A stretch of DNA of 64,000 nucleotides from Macrostomum hystrix (lineage: Eukaryota; Animalia; Platyhelminthes). Below the pieces are notes generated by a model. The model did no database searches. It was not told where the DNA came from and was given only the letters and a program-made list of their open reading frames with translations. The stretch is from the NCBI GenBank assembly GCA_950097015.1, contig CATNEN010000032.1:1798001-1862000 (forward strand), read 5' to 3'. The stretch's first letter is position 1. The number at the start of each line of letters is the position of its first letter. A program made the position numbers and the translations under genes. Below are positions 48,302-59,112 of the stretch, one piece after another.

Positions 48302-51300
48302 CGTCATCATCTACCGCAAGGTATGATTTATATATTGTTATTTCGATTTCAATTGACAATTTTTACAAAAAGTTCCTAATATTCTCACATTAAAATATTT
48401 TTCATTTGTTTATCTGACGTTTATTGGTTCATAAATAACGACAAATTTCATTGTGTTTAATCTATAACATAACCGGGCTAGTCTGGGCCATAATTTAACT
48501 TTAGTGCATAATCTTCGTATATTACGAACGAAGCATTTTAAAATGTATGAAATAGGATTGTAATCGATTAAATTATTTGGTTTTCCTCAAATATGACGAC
48601 CTTTTGCCGGCTCAGAATGGTATTAAAAAAATATAAGCTACATATTGATCAGCACTCAAGCACTTTCAAAGGTTCCATTTGTTCGATAAATATCTTGTCT
48701 ATGGCTTGAACTGCATGGAGCCCTCTCAAGGAACGCATCGGCTTATACTTTTACCAGTCACTGCTGCGCAAGGCAGAGATTTTCAGTAATCTCTCTCTGA
48801 TGCCTGTATAGTACCGAGTCTGGGCTGCGCTAAGCAAGAAAACTAGTCTATGGTTGAAAGTGAAGAATAACTGAAGGCTCTTCGAGCTCTTCTTTCTAGT
48901 CGAAGATCCGAACAATTTTTTTGGTAGCCACAGTTAGAAAAATTTAGCGACATGGAGGAACAAAAAGAGATTCTTGATTTAGAAGGCGTCAATGATAGTG
49001 AGCGGCTGTTGCGTATTTCCAAGTTCTCTGCTCCAACGCTGCGCAAAGTGAACAGTAATTGGAATAAATTTCTGGTCTGGCTCGAGGGCCGCAAGCGAGT
49101 CCGCTCCGACACTGACCACGATGCATTCTTCAAGGAAATGAATGAATGGAATAAGTCAGACTGGGACTTTACTCTTCAAGGCTTTGTGACTGCGGTGCGG
49201 AAGCCGAGCGGAGACCGCTATCCGCCCGCCACTATCAAGGGCTTCGTTACTTGCATTCAGTTTAGGCTGCAGAAATTTCACAACAAAAGCTGGTCTTTTT
49301 TAACTGACCCGGAGTTCTTTAGGACCCGACAGTGTCTCATCGATGCTATGAGAATCTCCAGCCAGGAAGGCCTTCCCGTTGCTCAAAAGAGAACGCGCAC
49401 AATCGGCTTAGCCGAAGAGGAGAGGCTCTGGCGGGATGGTAAATTTGGCATGTCAGACCCCGAGCAGTTGGTCAGCACTCTAATATATTACCTTGGCCTG
49501 CACTTGTCATTGCGATCATGCCAGGAGCAGCGAAACTTGCTATTCGGCAGGGACTCCCAGCTGCGGCTAGTTTGCGATGACGAAATGCGCGAGAATCTTA
49601 TTTACACTGAGCGAAAAGTGACCAATAGTCCTCAGTCGACGACGGAGCCGCGGACTATTAAGATCTACCCGCATGACAATCGCGACAGGTGCATTGTGGC
49701 CATGTACAAGACCTACGTGTCTCACAGACCGGAGAGCTTCGGACTGAAAGGTCACGAAGCATTTTATCTTTCGCCGCTCAAAACTCCGCCAAGCGCCTTG
49801 TGGTACCGCTGCCAACCCATGGGTGTGCACACCATTGAGTCCGTTGTCAAGAAGCTGCTGGCGTCGGGTTCTGGCGAAGGCCGCGTCTATAGCTTTGAAA
49901 CGTGAGACGTAACACTTACCTTTACGAGTAGACTCAGGAACTGTCTACAGCTCTCGGTATACAGTCTCTCAAGGCCACTGATGGCATAGCAAAATAATTT
50001 TACACTGTGTCAAATTAATTATTAAAAATGTGAGTACACACTACTCAAACATGTTCTAAGTACTAAGCAAGGACTGTTAATATAAAATCCACAGGAAGGG
50101 TCCTGCTGCCCCAACTGATATGCGACCTCTACAACAGCCGGGACAGCCGCAGCATCCGCGGATTTCTGGCCCACCAGAGCGCGAACGTGTCCTTTGTCCG
50201 AACTGCGGCAAGACCTACTGTCGCAAGGATGTTCTGGAGGCTCACCTTAGGACCAGCTGTCGCGGGGTTAAAGCTGCGGCAGCGGCAGCTCAATCAGCTG
50301 ACCAGCCTGCAGCTAAAGTGGCCCGCCTGGATCTCAACCACCATCTGGCCTTCCGTTGCGAACTCTGTCCGTCGCAGTTCTCATCATCCCTTGGCCTTGT
50401 TGTACACCGATCCAAGTGTCACCCGCAATTCTACGGACCGACTCATCGGCGCGCTATGGCTGCTGCGGCGGCGGCTGCTTCTGCTGCCTCCACTTCCGCT
50501 TCTACAGTTGCTCCCTCAGCTGTTGGCACCTTGGCCACAGCCGCAGCACCTTCTCAGACGCCTTCAGCTGATCAGGGCCCACTGCTGTCTCTGCCGCACC
50601 GCTGCTCGCAGTGTCCGCGCGCCTTTCTCACAGTCGGCCGGCTCAAGGAACACCTCAGCAGCGTGCACGCCGATGCTGCACTGGCCGCTGTTGGAAATGG
50701 CATCGCTGTGAATGCTGAGGACACCGACGGAGACAACGATGACGTCATGGGTGGACTTGTTCTAGATGACGCGGTGAAAGATAAGGATGAGTCACCGGCT
50801 GGTGACGCTCAGTGGCTGAATGTTGAAGAAGAAGCACATGTAGTCGGCAATGTCGACTTTGTGGACAGCATGAACAGCGCTGAGGTGAGAATTCCGTTTG
50901 GTGATTCAATTTCTGGGCAGCTAATTTCTGGTATCCGGGACCCTTTGTGCGAAAGCCAGACGTGCCACATCTTCTTATCTACTGTGTTCATTAAATATTT
51001 GATGCAATAACATTTGAGCAACCTTTCTTCCTTCTCCAATTAAACCAGTATCCAGAGGCCGACGTCTACCTGTGCTCAGAATGCGGCGGGTCCTACCAAA
51101 CCTTTGACCTGCTCAATCGTCACTTAATGGAGTTGCACGAGATCGACTCTGTGACACCGGAGCCGCCTTCGGTTGGTGGCTTAAACTCTTGCAATTTTTA
51201 CTTTTCTTGTTTTTTGTTTTACCAATCTAAAAAGGGGTAATTTTAAGACATTTCAGTTACTTATTTTCATATAACAAATTTAACAGGTAAAATTAAGCGA

Positions 51301-51406
51301 CACTGTGCAGCAGTCTCACGAGCCACTTCTTTACCCGTCTACGGCGTCGTCAGTTCTGCCGACCGGAGCCCGGAAGCGAAAATCTGTTCCGATGTCAATG
51401 AATTAA
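44626..51406 (+). CDS. Multi-zinc-finger protein (~17 C2H2/C2HC fingers) with an internal DUF3504 domain, ~1686 aa; exons 44626-47139, 47761-48320, 48948-49901, 50095-50884, 51049-51171, 51287-51406
   Basis: Kozak ccgccATG. All five introns are GT-AG with compatible phases (0,2,2,0,0). Fingers include CGECDRVFEKSSSLSQHLRIH, CPDCDKAFSTQANLAKHSIVH and CSECGGSYQTFDLLNRHLMELH. C-terminal RKRK. The last junction and an alternative acceptor at 47716 are less certain. Confidence 0.85.
48948..49901 (+). CDS. Crypton/tyrosine-recombinase-derived DUF3504 domain exon (ZMYM/QRICH1/KCTD1-type fold)
   Basis: VRKPSGDRYPP, EEERLWRDGKFG..DPEQL, LSLRSCQEQRNL, YTER, DRCIV.MYKTY...RP, FYLSP...WY..QPMGVHTI..VVK follow the Crypton-family pattern in order; the HxxR...H...Y box is missing. 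Confidence 0.88.
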
Positions 51407-52286
51407 GATTTAATGGAATTGCTGGGCCAGACATTTATAGTCTTCGCTTTTTAAACTGCAGCAAAATTGTGTTTCCAGTTTCAATAAGTAAAATTAGTTG
51501 TCGCTCAATTACTAGGCCTTTTAGAAACAGGATTGCCAAATCAGCGAATCTACTATATTTTGTGAACTTTCTACTTAACCCAAAATGTACATCTGTTGCA
51601 AGATGATTGGCTGAGCCGCTACCTATCTTTGTACCCCCTATGTCCGTTCTTAACCTCTGCGAGACACGCACCTCCCCTTGCCCCATGATCTGAATGATGC
51701 TATAAATAGACCAATGGACTGACTGTTTAAATAAAGTATATAATGCTTTCATTCAAGAAATGTGAATAAGTAATTCACTGTGTTGTAAGTCTGTCATGAT
51801 TGTTGCAGCTTATCAATACTTCTATAATAGCATTCTTGTTGCATTGTTCAATCCCATTAATTACTTAAAACTTTATTTAAGAATTGTTTCATAATTCTGT
51901 TTTTTGTTATCCTTAACATGATCGACTTTTGACAGCATACTTTTGGTTGGGCTTAATTAATGAAATTATTTTCATTTTTAACAACAAGCTTTGTTATACT
52001 CTCAGTCTCAACACTAAACCTGTTTTTACTGCTTTTGTTTTATTGTTTTGATGTCACAGTTGTTCTAATTCTAGATTAGTAATTATCTACAAGGGACGAC
52101 CTACCCGCCTGTTTGAGAGCATTTTAATTCTTCGTATCGCTCTAAGCATGACTTTGTTGTTGATGCAAATCAAAAAAAAAATACTGACAGAAATATATAC
52201 GGCGTTGCACGTTATCTAGCATTCGTTAATGTTTTGACTTGTATAAGCATTCGACTTGCTTGCTATTCAAACGCATTCAACGCTCA

Positions 52287-52400
52287 CTGATTGGTCAGAG
52301 ATAAGAGTCGGTGATTCTCTGATTGGTCAGAGACGAGAGATGGTGATTCTCTGATTGGTCAGAGACGAGAGTCGTTGATTCTCTGATTGGTCGGAGATTA
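52287..52400 (+). repeat. Four 32-bp units each carrying an inverted CCAAT box (CTGATTGG)
   Basis: CTGATTGG at 52287, 52319, 52351 and 52383. Confidence 0.9.
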
Positions 52401-52663
52401 GAGTAGGAGCAGTCAGACTTAAGCAAATTCTGTCCATTAGCTCAAAATTGGTGTCGGTTGAATGGAAAAGGAAAATTATTAAAAAAAGAAACAAATAAAT
52501 ACTTGCAGTGCAAGAATATCAGATGTGCCGGCTGCATTTATTTACAAAATAGACAACTTCATTTTACCATACGAGCGTACATGCTACTATTAAGTAGTAA
52601 ACAAAGAAAACTTCAGTAATAAAAGTCAGTGCGCGCTTTTAATCCGGAGTCCACACGCTGCCG

Positions 52664-55439
52664 CTACTGCAACCGGCCCCACTTCAATCGAAGCCAGTTA
52701 GGTGGAGCTCTGGCGTGAACAACAAACTCTCGAGAGAATGGCCCCTGGTTGCGCTGCTGGCCCTGAGGTTAGAAAGAATAAAATAAGTTGTAACTCAGTT
52801 GAGCTACAGCTGCAGATTAGAGATATAGATTAATGTTCTATCTACTCGGATACTACTTTTGAGTAGAATGAGCATAGGTAATCCTGTTTACTTTGGGTAC
52901 GGAGAGGCCATGACATATCCGGCAAGGACTGGCATTCGCAGTGGAAGGTCATGACATCCGGTGACTGGGATGGCAGTGGAAGGTCATGACATCCGGTGAC
53001 TGGCATGGTAGTGGAAGGTCATGACATCCGGTGGCTGGGATGGCAGTCGAAGTTCATGACATCCGGTGACTGGGATGGCAGTGGAAGGTCATGACATCCG
53101 GTGACTGGCATGGTAGTGGAAGGTCATGACATCCGGTGGCTGGGATGGCAGTCGAAGTTCATGACATCCGGTGACTGGGATGGCGGTCGAAGTTCATGAC
53201 ATCCGGTGACTGGGATGGCAGTCGAAGTGGAAGGTCATAACATCCGGTGACTGGGATGGCAGTGGAAGCGGAAGGTCATGACAACCGGTGACTGGGATGG
53301 CAGTCGAAGGTCATGACATCCGGTGACTGGGATGGCAGTCGAAGGTCATGACATCCGGTGACTGGGATGGCAGTCGAAGTGGAAGGTCATAACATCCGGT
53401 GACTGGGATGGCAGTCGAAGTGGAAGGTCATGACAACCGGTGACTGGGATGGAAGCGGAAGGTCATGACATCCGGTGACTGGGATGACAGTCGAAGTGGA
53501 AGGTCATGACATCCGGTGACTGGGATGACAGTCGAAGTGGAAGGTCATGACAACCGGTGACTGGGATGGCAGTGGAAGTGGAAGGTCATGACATCCGGTG
53601 ACTGGGATGGAAGCGGAAGGTCATGACATCCGGTGACTGGGATGACAGTAGAAGTGGAAGGTCATGACATCCGGTGACTGGGATGGCAGTGGAAGTGGAA
53701 GGTCATGACATCCGGTGACTGGGATGACAGTCGAAGTGGAAGGTCATGACATCCGGTGACTGGGATGGCAGTGGAAGTGGAAGGTCATGACATCCGGTGA
53801 CTGAAATGGCGGTGGATGGCCGCTCGTTACACTCACCTTCTTGTCAACCTGAAAGCTTCTCAGCGGCTTCATGACCCACTGAACCCCAGCTTTTCTATCC
53901 ATCTCAGATTTTTTCAGCTTGTCCTGCTGCAGCAACTCCGCGCTGCTCATCGTTGAGTAGCCGCGTGGAACAGATCGACCGAACGCTGAGAAAACCATAG
54001 CGCCAGAGTGATGTTGAGAACCTCTCCGTCGATCTGTTAGCCTATGAGGATTTTAGATCTGAGGTAAGTTTTGTTTCTACAGTTTGAGTTCCTGCTTCGA
54101 TACTAAATCAATATCTCCTGCTTCGATACTAAATCAATATCTCCTGCTTCGATACTAAATCAATAATTTCCTGCTTCGATGCTAAAGCCAGATCTCCTGC
54201 TTCGATACTAAATCCATAAATCCAGCTTCGATACTCAAGTTTGAGTTCATGCTTCGATACTAAATCAATATCTCCTGCTTCGATACTAAATCAATATCTC
54301 CTGCTTCGATACTAAATCAATATCTCCTGCTTCGATGCTAAAGCCAGATCTCCTGCTTCGATGCTAAAGCCAGATCTCCTGCTTCGATACTAAATCCATA
54401 AATCCAGCTTCGATACTCAAGTTTGAGTTCCTGCTTCGATACTAAATCAATATCTCCTGCTTCGATACTAAATCAATATCTCCTGCTTCGATACTAAATC
54501 AATAATTTCCTGCTTCGATGCTAAAGCCAGATCTCCTGCTTCGATACTAAATCCATAAATCCAGCTTCGATACTAAATCAATATCTCCTGCTTCGATTCT
54601 AAATCAATAATTTCCTGCTTCGATACTAAATCCAGATCTCCTGCGTCGATACTACAATTCGTTTCAGCTAGATTTCTTGCTGCGGTTCTTACTGCGATTC
54701 TAGTTAAAAGTGCAAAATAGAATTAGCCTACCGCAGGGACTTGTCCGTCAGCTCCCTCTTTATTCCTCCGCTCTGGTTCGCCCCAGCAGCCGTCCCTGAC
54801 AACTGGACCATCATCATTAGCGGACTCCAAACCGGAGCCATGACTGCCTGGTTGAAGGTCGGACCCCTAGAGTAACTGGAGCTGCGACCCTGGCTAACTG
54901 AGCCATGGTGATCGAACTCGGGACTGTTAAATTGGAATTGAAAGCATTGCACTGCCTCAAGTAATAGAAAAAGATAACGCTTCCTAGCTTTACCCCGAGT
55001 TAAACTTGCCGTAATCCAATATATAAATTCAATTTTCCATAAATCCAATTTTCCATACATCCAATTTTCCATAAATCCAAGTTTCCAGAAATCCAAGTCT
55101 CCTGAAATCCGAGCTTCAAGTTTTAAGAAATCAATTTTTCAGATACTGGATCTTCAAAAATCACAAAATTCAGCGTTAATTCCTGTCTGTACAATCCCAA
55201 AATAGCTGTCCTATGTAGAGTCGACAGCCCACTCACCTCTCCTGAACGAAGCCGTACCGAGTGAACTCACCCGCTGGCACTCCAGCAGGTTCCGATTTCG
55301 CTAATTTTGGTGTCGCAACTGCCGCTTCCTGTGCAAGCTTCAGCTTGGGCAGCCGGTAGCTGCTGGCAGGACTCGAACCCTGGCCGACATGCTCAGGGCC
55401 TGGATACCGAGCTGCCGAGACTGCTTGGCTGCCACGCAT
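52664..55439 (-). CDS. Multi-exon gene of unknown function; best continuous path 55439-55271, 54033-53837, 52762-52664 (~154 aa); optional exon 54923-54732; possible upstream exon ~56625-56541
   Basis: Strong minus-strand donors gtgagt (55270, 55236, 53836) and gtaggc (54731); acceptors at 55441, 54924, 54034 and 52763; AATAAA near 52540. C-terminus ...KAGVQWVMKPLRSFQVDKK|GQQRNQGPFSREFVVHARAPPNWLRLKWGRLQ*. Confidence 0.5.
52940..53810 (+). repeat. 35/41-bp minisatellite (TCATGACATCCGGTGACTGGGATGGCAGTGGAAGG), filling an intron
   Basis: 35-bp period at 52949/52984; later units are lengthened by a GTGGAA insertion. Confidence 0.95.
54085..54655 (+). repeat. 26-bp minisatellite (CCTGCTTCGATACTAAATCAATATCT) with higher-order variant order
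   Basis: Period 26 at 54091/54117; the variant AGTTTGAGTTC recurs near 54081, 54238 and 54420. Confidence 0.95.
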
Positions 55440-55534
55440 TCTGGACAAGCTAGCGAATGAAAAACAGTGCGAAACAGTTTTTTTTATCTGAGGTTCATGC
55501 TCCCTCTGGGTCATAGTTTGTGAGGTCCCATTGT

Positions 55535-56160
55535 GTGGGGTCACAGTCTGTTGGGATCACAGTCTGTTGGAATCACAGTCTGTTGGGATCACAGTCTGTT
55601 GGAATCACAGTCTGTTGGGATCACAGTCTGTTGGGATCACAGTCTGTTGGGATCACAGTCTGTTGGGATCACAGTCTGTTGGGATCACAGTCTGTTGGGA
55701 TCACAGTCTGTTGGGATCACAGTCTGTTGGGATCACAGTCTGTTGGGATCACAGTCTTTTGGGATCACAGTCTGTTGGGATCATAGTCTGTTGGGATCAC
55801 AGTCTTTTGGGATCACAGTCTGTTGGGATCACAGTCTTTTGGGATCACAGTCTGTAGAGATCACAGTCTCAGGGATCACAGTCTGTGTGTGGAGGTCACA
55901 GTCTTATGGGGTCACAGCTGTGTGAGGAGGTCACAGTCTCAGGGATCACAGTCTGTATGTGGAGGTCACAGTCTTATGCGGTCACAGCTGTGTGTGGAGG
56001 TCACAGTCTCAGGGATCACAGTCTGTGTGTGGAGGCCACAGTCTTATGGGGTCACAGCTGTGTGAGGAGGTCACAGTCTTATGGGGTCACCGCTGTGTGA
56101 GGAGGCCACAGTCTTATTGGGTCACAGCTGTGTGTGGAGGTCACAGTCTATGGGAGATCG
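55535..56160 (+). repeat. 16-bp minisatellite GGGATCACAGTCTGTT grading into a derived longer unit
   Basis: Directly visible. Confidence 0.93.
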
Positions 56161-56765
56161 CAGTCTGTAGGGATCCGACTTATCTGAGTGAAAGTAATGT
56201 TCCAAATTCCTCACCCTGCCATCGACCTGTCAGTCAGCATGTGTGCAGTGGCAAATTTGTCCGATCAAAGTCTTTAAAAAGCTATCTATAATTCAGTTAT
56301 TGTGAAGACGTACAGCAGAGCGTTAGTCCTTGCTCACAGGGCTAACCTATGTAGACTAGCGACAGAGACAAACTTGCAGATTTGCAGCTATGCATATTTT
56401 ATGCATGCCATGAGCTACACTGTCCCTCTTGAAAAAGGCTGTTTTGCATTTCATTTGCGTTCTTGACACTGTCTCTCTTTCTATCACCCCGTTTAGAGCT
56501 CTGGTGCCTTACTGACTATCATGGCTAGAGCTTTATTCATACCTTTTCGCAGCTCTGTCCAATTGCTAGAATGGCAGACCCAGCAGCTGAACCTGGATGC
56601 ATCTAACTCTCTCGCCTAAAACCTGAGAGGTAGAATGAACTGAGATCACGATATCAGGAAATAAAGAAGAGAGCGTCAATTTACAATTTGGGCCACCATG
56701 CACAGGATCTAGTGGGGCCACTACTTTGGGATCTTGTGGGCAACTTACTTTGGGGTCACCACTTT

Positions 56766-57385
56766 GGGATCTTGGATCTAGAGATCTTGGGAGCTGCCAA
56801 CTTGGGATCTTGGATCTAGAGATCTTGGGAGCTGCCAACTTGGGATCTTGGATCTAGAGATCTTGGGAGCTGCCAACTTGGGATCTGTGGAGGCAGTAAC
56901 ATGGGATCTGGGGAGACAGCTACGATCTGGGGAGACAGCTACATGGGATCTTGGGAGACAGCTACATGGGATCTGGGGAGACAGCTACATGGGATCTGGG
57001 GAGACAGCTACATGGGATCTGGGGAGACAGCTACATGGGATCTGGGGAGACAGTAACATGGGATCTGGGGAGACAGCTACATGGGATCTGGGGAGACAGC
57101 TACATGGGATCTGGAGAGACAGCTACATGGGATCTGGGGAGACAGCTACATGGGATCTGGGGAGACAGCTACATGGGATCTGGGGAGACACACGGGATCT
57201 GGGTAGACAGCTACATGGGATCTGGGGAGGCAGCTACATGGGATCTGGGGAGACAGCTACATGGGATCTGGGGAGGCAGCTACATGGGATCTGGGGAGAC
57301 AGCTACATGGGATCTGGGGAGGCAGCTACATGGGATCTTGGGAGCTACCACGATAGGATCTGTGCAGCCGCCATGGGATCTGGGA
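56766..57385 (+). repeat. 38-bp unit x3, followed by a 23-bp minisatellite GGGATCTGGGGAGACAGCTACAT
   Basis: 38-bp period at 56766/56804/56842; 23-bp array at ~56900-57380. Confidence 0.93.
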
Positions 57386-58030
57386 GTCGTTTGATGTAGT
57401 CAAAACAGTGAAGGAATTTGGCAGCCGCAAGGGCAACAATGATGTCAGATTGAAAATAAAGAAAATGACAACCTGCTTTTGCTTTAAATGTAAATGCTGT
57501 GAAAACGAACAATACTACACGGCCTCAGCACCCCAGTGGCAAAGCCGAAGTCGGCCCGAACTCGGGTGGGCCGAGTTCGGGCCGACCTCGGGGGGTTGAC
57601 GGCGGTTCTATCTCGGGCCGACAAACACGGGCTAAATGTATGGGATGTACATGAACGAATACATCAACATGTACATGAACTTTATGAAACGATTTTATTA
57701 TCAGTCGATTTACTGATGTTTGATGATAATGCATGCATTTAGCAGGTGAGATTGGGCATGCAGATTGCAGATATAAAGACTGTAAAACTAGAAAGAACAA
57801 AACGTATTGATAGGCAATAAACATGCAGAAACCTAACAGAGAAGCAACTGCATGGAACAGATGAGGATGGCAGTATCGAAATATGGCTGTCAACAACAGT
57901 AAATGCTGCGCGATTCGAGAATAACATTGGTGACATGAGATATATAAGAGAGACTGCAGTCACAAAACCAGTCAGGCCAGTCTATTGAGGATCATTGATG
58001 ACTATGGGGATCAGCCAAACATCCCTCACG

Positions 58031-58816
58031 CTACTGCTGCGGCTGCTCAGTCTCCATGGGAACGTCCTTCAGCTGCGGCTTCTCCGGAGCTGGCGGAGCT
58101 TCAAACGGCGCCTCGATGCAGAGCCGGCCGTCGTGGCTGAGCTTGCTCACCACTTGGTCCATCTTGGTGCCCGGTGGCAGCTGGAAGATCCTTTCCAGAC
58201 GCTTGTGCACCCTCTGCCCCCCAGCCTCCTGTTTGTGCTCCGCCTCCACGAGCACGCAGTCATCCTGCTGACGGACGCGAATCTCGCTCGGCTGGAACTC
58301 ACGCACTGACAGTTCGGCCTTGAACCGCTTGCTACCGTCCTCCGCCTGCACCACCTGGCCGGACCCATCGGACTGCAGGTCGCCTCGAAGCAGATTACGC
58401 AGCTCGTCCCACACCGACTCCCCTTGCTGCTGCTGCTGCAATTGCTGCTGTTGCTCCTTGAAAGGTGCGCGCAGCACCAGCATGCCGTCACGAGTGAAGC
58501 CGCTGTTCAGCTTCTCGGCATCGACCTCCTCTGGTAGCTCCACCGTCCGCTTCACCTCAGTCACGTCCTCACCGTTTTCCATCCGAGCTACCACTCGCAC
58601 CTTTCGCTCCTCGCGCTTCACCGACACGTCCTTCGGTGAGAATCCGCGAAGATCCACGGTGCGGCTCCACTGGCGCGGCCTCCTCGGACCTCTATGCTGC
58701 AGCAGCTGCACCAAAGGATCGTATTCTGGTGTCAGCCAGTCGTCCAACTCGCTTAGGGCTGCCACGAGAGGCAACGAGTGGGTGTAGGCAGTGCTCGGTG
58801 AGATCCACAGTGACAT
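58031..58816 (-). CDS. HSP20: Small heat-shock protein with two alpha-crystallin domains (schistosome p40 / Taenia Tsp36 type), 261 aa, intronless
   Basis: ACD1: VDLRGFSPKDVSVK...RTVELPEEVDAEKLNSGFTRDGMLVLRAP. ACD2: LSVREFQPSEIRV...RIFQLPPGTKMDQVVSKLSHDGRLCIEAP. Confidence 0.93.
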   Translation of the reverse strand: MSLWISPSTAYTHSLPLVAALSELDDWLTPEYDPLVQLLQHRGPRRPRQWSRTVDLRGFSPKDVSVKREERKVRVVARMENGEDVTEVKRTVELPEEVDAEKLNSGFTRDGMLVLRAPFKEQQQQLQQQQQGESVWDELRNLLRGDLQSDGSGQVVQAEDGSKRFKAELSVREFQPSEIRVRQQDDCVLVEAEHKQEAGGQRVHKRLERIFQLPPGTKMDQVVSKLSHDGRLCIEAPFEAPPAPEKPQLKDVPMETEQPQQ

Positions 58817-58932
58817 GGTACTCTCTGACAGGTTTGTATCACAATTTAATATTGGCAATTGCTTATTGTTTAGATAGCTAACTTTCTCTCGCCTGGTTGA
58901 ATCCTGATCCGTCGCTCATTCACCCGTATTGC

Positions 58933-59112
58933 TTTTATAGACAGTCCAGAAGAATATTCTTGAATTTTCTTCCCTATGACTCATGAAAGAAAGTTCTAGA
59001 ATTTATTAGAAATCCTAAAATAATCTAATAAAATGTTTCGATTTCTACTGTTAGTAGACAAAATGGACTCAATCGGATGATTCCGTATTACTTTTCGAGA
59101 ATTTTCCAGATT
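58933..59112 (-). promoter_or_regulatory. HSP20 promoter: TATA box, three heat-shock elements and an AP-1-type site
   Basis: TATAAAA (58939-58933); perfect four-pentamer HSE aGAAtaTTCttGAAttTTCt (58951-58970); aGAAagTTCtaGAAttTATtaGAAa (58988-59012); tTTCgaGAAttTTCcaGATt (59093-59112); TGACTCA (58977-58983). Confidence 0.9.

Noticed and set aside
54040-54070. Plus-strand exon ending GAG|GTAAGT
   Set aside because: The upstream plus frames contain stops and no partner exon was found; the minus-strand model explains the region better.
52940-57385. CRISPR-like arrays
   Set aside because: Units are contiguous with no unique spacers, there are no cas genes, and the context is eukaryotic.
57525-57963. 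Hydrophobic minus-strand ORFs
   Set aside because: They lie in the HSP20 3' UTR spanning its AATAAA signal.
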